Below are positions 57,601 through 64,000 of a stretch of DNA of 64,000 bases, piece by piece. Source of the stretch: an uncultured virus (IMG/VR IMGVR_UViG_3300025902_000617) (lineage: Duplodnaviria; Heunggongvirae; Uroviricota; Caudoviricetes); the IMG/VR virus record IMGVR_UViG_3300025902_000617; one strand, 5' to 3'. The number at the start of each line of letters is the position of its first letter. The stretch's first letter is position 1. The position numbers and the translations under genes were made by a program. A model generated the notes under the pieces. That model saw only the letters and a list, made by a program, of their open reading frames with translations, made no database searches and had not been told where the DNA came from.

Positions 57601-58176
57601 ACTGTAAAGACCGGTCGCCCCGCTTATGGATCCTTTTTTCGGATCAAGATCTACAGGAGCAAAGCTACCCGGTGCGAGCACATACGCATTGTCAGTACGT
57701 ATTTCACCACAATGTCCTGTTACTCCAGCTACACTCCATGCAGGATTCGCAGAATATCCCTTCGCGCGCAGCCACTGGGTGATTCCTTTGTTCTGGAAAT
57801 ATAACTGCAAACCCCCAGATTTTGTCTTGACAACGAGCGTTCCGATTGCGAGCAACTCGTCAATTTGCTTCTGCGATATGAGGAATTTCCCATCTTGAAG
57901 ATCAACATCGATGAAACAGAGTCCAACGGGATCCCCAGCTGTAGCAGTTTCGTGGGCAACGATAGCCACGTTCGAATGTAATTCATTTATGCGCGCAAGC
58001 GCGCTGTCTGGACGAATACGTACGTCGAGCCAGCTCCCGATTACATCGGGGCTTTTCAGTCGAGATCTTACCGGGAACAGGTGGAGATTTAAATTTTTTA
58101 TCTCTCCAAGCCTTTTCAGTAGACGGTTGAATTCGAGCGCGTTTGGCGTTAGATTGATATCATCGTTTTCTGTCAC
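54685..58176 (-). CDS. Primase-polymerase fused to an SF2-like helicase
   Basis: Prim-Pol FIDVD, TKSGGLQLYF, YVLAPGS; RSERDW; Walker A APPRTGKT; Cys cluster; VIDED; SRGLD. Confidence 0.8.
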   Translation of the reverse strand: MTENDDINLTPNALEFNRLLKRLGEIKNLNLHLFPVRSRLKSPDVIGSWLDVRIRPDSALARINELHSNVAIVAHETATAGDPVGLCFIDVDLQDGKFLISQKQIDELLAIGTLVVKTKSGGLQLYFQNKGITQWLRAKGYSANPAWSVAGVTGHCGEIRTDNAYVLAPGSFAPVDLDPKKGSISGATGLYSVFADNPIKELTPEVLPKWILLSNEEIAKEKQKNVKLQEEFIGKAKQDIDSKIGFDPLTAFKKITNPDEIVNEKGLTLSFLMDRDKEFTEILTVVGEKGTRSERDWYVCRRMRSMGFNPNQVARALITYRPYRKTVGGSEHEYIRNMSLTIRNAYTHEIATYDPHQELYSNVNVSGISKTCIGELPEILPDKKFVLVQAPPRTGKTHWAVRQLILAKTGVYVTNKHEIIRHAITIFERLEHKRTAVYLVGKDRACNCSQNRGECGTCPKRPAIHPGFDDHGKLRNDVLTVQKLRQTALDLLMKHRVLTPEVLMDNEAICPYFVLLLAEYEADFCFSIPYFLTSDREIKRIKRTNRHLLVIDEDPVVSEFYPGEYEIASYTYGRGKKSLVNSISPMMETIETIETKINEMKRKKYVDKEILRMCGILRQINDHIDTLVDATTIDNKKEFDKWIKTVDIENDYDPITKLEIKKRLTQFEQDLKEDSYEIELFPMFAPLIHVAAKSFVWLGRSPTTTLYFVSDRYVLYKPENYKTVLIIGATQSELYVKDVCPDTKDSLIVTIDKFKYADNYLLIMLKGKTRAEETHMLKSLIWKFAEENKSSDMVAPALLLTSSKLKQKSIHEWLGSKCMLSTDQGEDEHIMAWLNANINVFYSNSTLSRGLDIPMYGVLFVEGTHFAIPYYSAMLSHAQETGNLEMIKQCKAIISKITVDEVTNSVLRHSPTIDDPTETFKKEDKIKIIVVRDCDVGTIQDSIKADMNQITVNSMENLGLAAKLTRYVPEKYDKTTIFKTLAEYSPDAQISYYCGTLDRKSSGKQTNISSVTRVSKATLKSFLDSEMLSFPKNNAIAVSDPKIKALVQNQPNLKSGKRISEMALIKFVSIQLNRGKHLNMEEQSGKKQKQSQEKDFGVLKVDKGTYKRVHREYIQNESLIKKNIENFVKGELLKVEMQDGKKFYRFFDKIIYGEPHNSKGEPV

Positions 58177-58193
58177 TCGACACCCCTATAGTG

Positions 58194-58868
58194 TTAGTTC
58201 TCGGTGCCACACTCTTTTGCCATTTTACGTACATCTTTTGTAGCATGGAATTTTTTTGTCATGTCTATAAATTCGTCTGCAAGTTTTTCCAGCTCGCCCC
58301 TTGTTATGGTATGAGTGTGCGCGCGCATGAATTTGTTTCCGCGTTCGTTCGGATGCAAAGATATGAGCATCGCCTGTTCAGGAGTCCTGTCAAGGAGCTC
58401 AAAATAGCCGCCCATTTGCAGCCGATGAGTTTCGTGGATCTCCCTCGAAGTCTTTAAATCTACTAGTGTGTACACCCCGTTGATAGGAGCAACCAAGTCG
58501 GGTTTTCCTGCAAACTTATGCTCGGTGTTAATGCAAAATGTTTCTACCTTTCTTGGGTGGCCGATATCAAGTCCGAGTTCTTCGAACATAATTTCTCCAA
58601 GTTCTATGCGTTTTACCGCGTCGCTTGGGATTTCATCGAATTTCATATCTGGACGTTCGAGTGTTCTCGCAGAAAGATTATTCAGGATTCTGTAATGAAC
58701 AAGCGTCCCTATGATTGCGCTCTTTTGTGTTTGCTTTTCCCAGTTTCGATTGGTTTGTTTCCATATCGTGAGACGTTCCGGCTCCGGAAGCATCTCGTGG
58801 ATAATCGTTGTCACCGACGGAAAAAAGTCTCCTTGGTATCGATAAATATGCGTCATTCTTGTGTACAC
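58194..58868 (-). CDS. PD-(D/E)xK exonuclease
   Basis: PSVTTI, GTLVH, FAGKPDL, VDLKTS, QMGGY. Confidence 0.85.
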   Translation of the reverse strand: MYTRMTHIYRYQGDFFPSVTTIIHEMLPEPERLTIWKQTNRNWEKQTQKSAIIGTLVHYRILNNLSARTLERPDMKFDEIPSDAVKRIELGEIMFEELGLDIGHPRKVETFCINTEHKFAGKPDLVAPINGVYTLVDLKTSREIHETHRLQMGGYFELLDRTPEQAMLISLHPNERGNKFMRAHTHTITRGELEKLADEFIDMTKKFHATKDVRKMAKECGTEN

Positions 58869-58931
58869 TCCAAAGTATCATAACTGTGATAACTATTGGT
58901 TCTCTATATTAAAAAAGGTAACTGTGTGCGT

Positions 58932-59129
58932 TTACTGGGGTGCACAGTTGCGCGCCCTACCACGTCGATTAAAGGCCAAATACGATTTTACAGCAGGGAA
59001 CCACAACAAAATAAAACCATCGCGCGCGCGGGAAATCCGACCATAACCCCAGCCTTCATATTTTTTATCGGTGAGTCGTATGCGCGCGCTTTTGGTTAAT
59101 CTGGATTTTAAGTCACTAATATTCATCAT
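58932..59129 (-). CDS. Small basic hypothetical protein
   Basis: TTTAAATA box ~25 nt upstream. Confidence 0.45.
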   Translation of the reverse strand: MMNISDLKSRLTKSARIRLTDKKYEGWGYGRISRARDGFILLWFPAVKSYLAFNRRGRARNCAPQ

Positions 59130-59199
59130 TATTTATGTTCGAGCGAATAGTATTTAAACTCAGCTGACAAATACTTTTTTAACAATTGGAGGAAAAGAC

Positions 59200-59532
59200 A
59201 TGGTTAAAGTACGTTGCCCAGTATGCAAAGGGTGGGGAATCGTCGAAGCAGAATTTGGTTCCGGAGAAGGCGGGAACAATGTAAAGTCGGGGTGCAACAA
59301 GCAGTGCCCGGCATGTAAAGGGACAGGAATGCAGGAAGCCGCGGATCCGACATGGTACTACCCAATATACCAGCCGTATACACAGCCGTATACACAGCCG
59401 TATCAGCCATATCCGTGGTCACCCACGCCCACTTGGTATGGAACGGGAACATCCACTATGCAATCCAACTTCACATACACCATCCAGTATGGATGCGGTG
59501 GCGGTAGCTGCTCGTGCTCAAAACCCGAGTAA
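59200..59532 (+). CDS. DnaJ-type Zn-finger (CxxCxGxG) small protein
   Basis: CPVCKGWG and CPACKGTG; QPYT repeats; GGAGG SD. Confidence 0.7.
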   Translation: MVKVRCPVCKGWGIVEAEFGSGEGGNNVKSGCNKQCPACKGTGMQEAADPTWYYPIYQPYTQPYTQPYQPYPWSPTPTWYGTGTSTMQSNFTYTIQYGCGGGSCSCSKPE

Positions 59533-59559
59533 ACTTTTTTTGAAAAAAATATCTGAAGA

Positions 59560-60087
59560 TTATCTGAAGTAGTTGAGAACAGCTCCGGCAACAACCCAGC
59601 CGAATGCGAGACCACCCGCGCAGATCGCAGTGGTTGCAAGTGCATTGGTTAGATTGAAGTCTCCGACAGCAGACGACATAAATACCGGGTACCCAGTATT
59701 GTCATACCCCATGAATGTGCCGGGCGCAAAACTTTTTGCGCGCATCCTGATTTCAGGAATATATGCACCCATGGGATCAAAAGCCATGGACGAAGCCACC
59801 GGAAGTTCCGACAGCGGAACGTCTGGAACCACCACGGGATCTCGAACATATTCTCCACTGCATCCACATGCCGCAGACCGCATGCGCGCTGCTGGCGTTA
59901 CTGTACCTTCCGGAATAATACCGGGTGAATTACCACTGCACCCACACATTGACATTGCTCTCATACTTGTTGCTCCAGTTACATCTGTTCCCATATCCCC
60001 GCAGGTTCCAGCGAAACCGCTGAAATCATTGCTGCATGATGCAGCTTTTGGATTGCTTCCTATGCCATAGCATCCACACTCGTACAT
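59560..60087 (-). CDS. Cys/Gly-rich protein with C-terminal TM helix
   Basis: Three CGC motifs; hydrophobic C-terminus. Confidence 0.65.
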   Translation of the reverse strand: MYECGCYGIGSNPKAASCSNDFSGFAGTCGDMGTDVTGATSMRAMSMCGCSGNSPGIIPEGTVTPAARMRSAACGCSGEYVRDPVVVPDVPLSELPVASSMAFDPMGAYIPEIRMRAKSFAPGTFMGYDNTGYPVFMSSAVGDFNLTNALATTAICAGGLAFGWVVAGAVLNYFR

Positions 60088-60089
60088 GA

Positions 60090-60299
60090 TTATGCACCTG
60101 TATTAAATCTGGATGCCAGTCGCCCAGAAACTTTTCTCATTAAGCGTGATGGCAGATCTCTTCCAACCACACCCTCTTTCACAAATACACTCCAAAGCAC
60201 ATAGGCCGCGGCTCCGACCATGGCTGATTTCGCCACGAGATCAAGTGTCTGGAAAGAACACTGGGTGCTTTGTTCAGCTGTTAAAACCACTTCTGCCAT
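60090..60299 (-). CDS. Small single-TM protein
   Basis: TTTATATA box upstream; central hydrophobic helix and basic tail. Confidence 0.6.
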   Translation of the reverse strand: MAEVVLTAEQSTQCSFQTLDLVAKSAMVGAAAYVLWSVFVKEGVVGRDLPSRLMRKVSGRLASRFNTGA

Positions 60300-60398
60300 A
60301 TAGTGAACTCTTTGCGTTATAGATATATAAATGTTTTCACGGTGCGCGGCGCCATATCGTTCGGAAACGTATATATAGATGCGCGACCATCTTTATTT

Positions 60399-60557
60399 AT
60401 GTCATGTGGTTGCAGTAATTACGGGATGGTTCAGGAAACGCCGGTCATGCAGGCGACCGCTCTTGAAGGAATGGGATCGTCATTTGGAACTCTTGCGGTT
60501 GTTGTCGGTGTGCTTGTCATAGCCGGGGTTTTTATGTCCGCCCCTCGACGGAGATAA
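60399..60557 (+). CDS. Small CGC-motif membrane protein (MSCGCSNYG...)
   Basis: TATATA box upstream; C-terminal TM helix plus RRR. Confidence 0.6.
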   Translation: MSCGCSNYGMVQETPVMQATALEGMGSSFGTLAVVVGVLVIAGVFMSAPRRR

Positions 60558-60692
60558 AAGCGCATTTAAACAAAGCATACCTTTTTTAACTTAAACTGCA
60601 TATACTTATTATCAAGTGGAGAGGCATCAGGAAATGCTGGGAGACGCCCAGATGATATCCTAGGTGCTGGATCGCTTGGACAAAGTGCAGGA

Positions 60693-61964
60693 GTGAAAAA
60701 CTTGAGCGACAAAGTTAGAGACCTCGGAAACGAGGAATTTATTGCAATGGTTCTCGCAAAAGACGAGGAATTTGCAAAAAAGGTATCGGAAAGTGAAATC
60801 GATGCAGAGGCAATCATAACAAAGGCAAAGCCCTCTATTGATAAGTACGGCGTTGCCACAGGTGTTGCATATGCTATCGCGCGGCTGAAAGAAGCCGTAG
60901 AGGAAGCCAATTCGGATGTCGTAAAAGGCATGCTCGTAGGAGAGCGCGACCGCTTTGGAACAAATTCTCCGGTAAGGATCCCGCTGCTCAGCTCGAAAGG
61001 CGACCACATGGATCTGATTAACTGGGGAACCAGTGTGAAATACGGGGATTCGAAAATTGCAATCCCGTTCCCGTCAGTTGCAACCCTTAAGGTTGTTAAT
61101 GAGGGGGACTACAAGGGCGTTCCGAACATTCGCATTGTGGCAATTGACCACTACGAGGAACTTTCCCTTGCGGACACCGTATCACGCCTCAAGAAAATTG
61201 CGAAGACCGTTGGAGAGATCGACGGTGGTGATGAACTCTCTGTCGTTGTTGTCAAAGGAAAGATCAAGTTCATTAGCCCTGCCACGCGGTGGAAGGACAA
61301 GGAGAAAGACGGAAACTGGCAGATCTATATGCCAAACCAGCGTGACAACCCGATCACGCACCCGGTGATGCAGATCACACTCGAAAATGATAACATGAAT
61401 CAGGTTCGTGTGAATTTCGACCGCCAGCGAAACGCCGCTCCAAACATCGTTGTCGAAGATTTCGTAGAGCTATGTGCGGATGCCGTTGCACACAGTTCAG
61501 ATCCAACCGAACAGGCAAAGTTCCTCGGAGGACTTGTGAAAGACCGCGAAGTGATCGTTGTCGGGTTCATGACGAAGTATAACCCGCAGGCAAACGCCAA
61601 CTATATCGAGGTTGGCGGATACGCGATGTACGACGCGACTGTTGAAACCACGCAGTCGAAGGTGTCGGACGACGAAGACGATGCACCGGTAAAAAGGCCT
61701 GCCGCAAAGAAACAGTCTGAGAAGCCAGTATCTTCCAAGGGATCCGACAAGAAGGAACCCGCAGAGAAGACAGCTTCAAAACCCGCTGCCAAGAAGCAGT
61801 CACCGGCAGACAAACTCAAGGAGAAGATCAGGACATACTGTGAGATGTTTGGTGTCGCCTTCACGGACGTTACGTCTAAAGAGGTAATCGATCATTTCAA
61901 GCTCGATGGTGTGATCGAAGAGTCAACTGTGGATACCGTCATTGACGAGTTAAGATCCGAGTGA
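60693..61964 (+). CDS. Putative OB-fold ssDNA-binding (RPA/SSB-like) protein
   Basis: Beta-rich OB-like segments, charged linker, position before SSAP-like and helicase genes; family inferred. Confidence 0.55.
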   Translation: MKNLSDKVRDLGNEEFIAMVLAKDEEFAKKVSESEIDAEAIITKAKPSIDKYGVATGVAYAIARLKEAVEEANSDVVKGMLVGERDRFGTNSPVRIPLLSSKGDHMDLINWGTSVKYGDSKIAIPFPSVATLKVVNEGDYKGVPNIRIVAIDHYEELSLADTVSRLKKIAKTVGEIDGGDELSVVVVKGKIKFISPATRWKDKEKDGNWQIYMPNQRDNPITHPVMQITLENDNMNQVRVNFDRQRNAAPNIVVEDFVELCADAVAHSSDPTEQAKFLGGLVKDREVIVVGFMTKYNPQANANYIEVGGYAMYDATVETTQSKVSDDEDDAPVKRPAAKKQSEKPVSSKGSDKKEPAEKTASKPAAKKQSPADKLKEKIRTYCEMFGVAFTDVTSKEVIDHFKLDGVIEESTVDTVIDELRSE

Positions 61965-61970
61965 TCTGTA

Positions 61971-62603
61971 ATGGCAAAATCAAAGGCTGGTATAGATCTA
62001 CCAGCCCCCTTTATACCACCACTCTTCGATAAAAGCCGTCTCACCAAAGACGAGTTCAAACACTACATCTACGAAATCGTGTTCAAAAAGTCAGCGAAGA
62101 CTGTTCGTGATATGTCACTTGCTGGATATATCCACGCAGCATCTCCATATATCAAGGGTATCGAATCTGAAGTTGTTCACTACGGAACCGTTGGCGAACG
62201 GAAAATAATGTGCGCGGTCATAAAATGTACCGTGACATTCTGTTGTGAAGATAAAGAACTGAAATTCACAGCACTAGCAGATGGCGATGTTACAAACGTC
62301 CCGAGTTCGGACACCCTCATACGGACGGTTGAAACGCGAGCACTCAAACGCGCTATCGCGCGCGCACTCGATCTTTCTAAAGTAGACATGAATGAAAATT
62401 TCATCGACGAGGAAGAGATCGGAACCCCATTAAACCACGATGGGGATTCGAGTGGCGCAGAGAATGCGCACAAACCGGCGTTCCGCAAGTCTCCTGCGGA
62501 CATAGCCGAAGAAAAGCGTCAGAAAGCCATCAAAGCCGAGGAAGACGCCGAGCGCCAATCCGACGATGACGAGAACGAAGCTCGAAAAGCTGATAACTGG
62601 TGA
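61971..62603 (+). CDS. Putative single-strand annealing recombinase (Rad52/ERF-like)
   Basis: ETRALKRAIARAL helix typical of SSAPs; acidic tail. Confidence 0.6.
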   Translation: MAKSKAGIDLPAPFIPPLFDKSRLTKDEFKHYIYEIVFKKSAKTVRDMSLAGYIHAASPYIKGIESEVVHYGTVGERKIMCAVIKCTVTFCCEDKELKFTALADGDVTNVPSSDTLIRTVETRALKRAIARALDLSKVDMNENFIDEEEIGTPLNHDGDSSGAENAHKPAFRKSPADIAEEKRQKAIKAEEDAERQSDDDENEARKADNW

Positions 62604-63208
62604 GTGCGCATAACCGCGCACCCCATATTTTTAAAGGTGAAAAGAGAATGAGAACCGGAGCAGACGAGCACAACACAGAGGACAAAAAGTACTGGTGCGA
62701 AAAATACGGAGTCGAGCATGAGACCATATTTTGCGATCTCATGACAAACGTGCTCAAACTTCCAACAATCATTAATCCAGAAAAGACAACTAATAGGTAT
62801 GCCCCGGATCTTCTTGTCAACGACCACTTGGCGGATTTAAAATTCGTGGGGACTCCGTTTTACACATCCGCGCGTATTTCGAATATCAACCCGCAGTATT
62901 GTGTAACGTTTGATCACAAGGATTATATCCGATATAAGACATTGTACCCCGATATCTACGTTTTCTTCTGGGTAAAATATCCAGACAGCACTGGGCACTA
63001 TTCAGAAGAAGTTGTTAATATTAAAGCTATGAACCACGTGTTTTTTGTTCCGTTCTCAAGGTTACAATCTTACATCGAAAACGAAGGTGTAAAGTACCAC
63101 GAATACAACAGGAGAAAAGATGATACCGATGGAAACGCGCGCGGGGCGTATTTGTTTGATGTCAGATCGTTCAGATGTTTGTATCAGGGAACGGATGTGA
63201 AGGTATGA
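62600..63208 (+). CDS. PD-(D/E)xK nuclease-like protein
   Basis: APDLLV...ADLK motif. Confidence 0.6.
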   Translation: MSAHNRAPHIFKGEKRMRTGADEHNTEDKKYWCEKYGVEHETIFCDLMTNVLKLPTIINPEKTTNRYAPDLLVNDHLADLKFVGTPFYTSARISNINPQYCVTFDHKDYIRYKTLYPDIYVFFWVKYPDSTGHYSEEVVNIKAMNHVFFVPFSRLQSYIENEGVKYHEYNRRKDDTDGNARGAYLFDVRSFRCLYQGTDVKV

Positions 63209-64000
63209 CTGGCGAAGATGGATCTGTTGCAATCAACCGGTGGTCGGCACACCCGTACTACTTTATAAACGGATCACTCGACGAGCGCGTTATCAAATCT
63301 CTCAAGCGCGAAATGTCGTATATGGTTGCAAACTGTCAACGCACTACCGCCTTCCAGCAGGGGAAGTGGGACGGGCGTGAGTGCTTGCTTTACAAGACAA
63401 AGAAGGGTGTTTATTATTTCCCGACCGGAATGATCGATTGCGCAAAGAGAGTTCTCAACGACTTCGGAATCGAATATTTTGTTCAGGATATAAAGCTCGA
63501 CAACGTGAGAAAGAAGTACCAGCCACTCGACCTCAAATGGACAGGACTCGAACTACGGGATTACCAGAAGAAGGCTGTGATCGATATCCAGAATAGCGAA
63601 GGTGGAACGATTTGCCTCCCTACCGGTTCTGGGAAAACACTGATCATGCTTCGGATTGCATACGAGTATGATCTTCCGTTCATTGTCATCGTACACACAA
63701 AAGAGCTCTTATATCAGTGGGAGCGCACCGTGAAAGACTATTTCGATGGATACACCCCCGGCCTTGTTGGAGATGGGAATAGTCATTTCGATAGCAAGAT
63801 AACGATTGCAATGTTGCAAACAGTTCACCAGCTTGTCACCAAGGGAGAAGGCGCGCGATTAGCGCAATACCCGGTATTGTTTTTTGATGAAGTGCATAGG
63901 GTAGCTGCCGATACCGCATATGAAGTTGCCATGCATATAAATTCTCCCGCTCGCATAGGCAGCTCGGCAACACCTCAGCGCATTGACGGAAAGGAAAAGA
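63205..64000 (+). CDS. SF2 DEAD/DEAH-like helicase (XPB/UvsW-like), truncated by the window end
   Basis: Translated by hand from the ATG at 63205: WDG, LRDYQ, LPTGSGKT, DEVH, SAT. Confidence 0.9.
   Translation, partial: MTGEDGSVAINRWSAHPYYFINGSLDERVIKSLKREMSYMVANCQRTTAFQQGKWDGRECLLYKTKKGVYYFPTGMIDCAKRVLNDFGIEYFVQDIKLDNVRKKYQPLDLKWTGLELRDYQKKAVIDIQNSEGGTICLPTGSGKTLIMLRIAYEYDLPFIVIVHTKELLYQWERTVKDYFDGYTPGLVGDGNSHFDSKITIAMLQTVHQLVTKGEGARLAQYPVLFFDEVHRVAADTAYEVAMHINSPARIGSSATPQRIDGKEK

Noticed and set aside
59369..59412. CAGCCGTATACA tandem repeat as a DNA element
   Set aside because: It is in frame within 59200..59532 and simply encodes QPYT repeats.

Overview
The window reads as part of a large archaeal mobile genome, most likely a virus of a methanogen (Methanomicrobia-like, by inference). 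Support: TATA/BRE-type promoters, GGTGA/GGAGG Shine-Dalgarno sites, an archaeal-type thymidylate synthase, a ferredoxin:thioredoxin reductase catalytic subunit and Kelch/BNR-like repeats. I recognise no capsid, terminase or tail gene in the window. Layout: (i) 1-14.95 kb is a dense minus-strand 'early/accessory' operon (GP88-like, DUF932-like, small MTases, ASCH, many orphans). It starts at a TATA promoter near 14960, has a ~500-nt highly base-paired non-coding leader, and is punctuated between genes by at least six copies of a covarying anticodon-less tRNA-like (T-loop) element, one truncated copy and one pseudo-tRNA. (ii) 15-39 kb holds a tyrosine recombinase, peptidases (SprT-like, zincin plus an inactive paralogue, M28/M20, and a papain-like protease with an intein directly before its catalytic Cys), Cys-rich membrane-anchored proteins and a 1325-aa Cys-pair repeat protein. 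(iii) 39-64 kb holds nucleotide, redox, RNA-repair and replication genes: FTR, RNA ligase, NrdD-like Zn ribbon, DNA MTases (one with an intein), two LAGLIDADG endonucleases, ThyA, ParB-MTase fusion, primase-helicase, exonuclease, SSB-like, SSAP-like and SF2 helicase. Alternating (CG)n runs are strikingly over-represented throughout. The best candidate for an undescribed system is the structured leader RNA plus the tRNA-like element array next to the recombinase. All family assignments come from motif recognition by eye; no database search was run.
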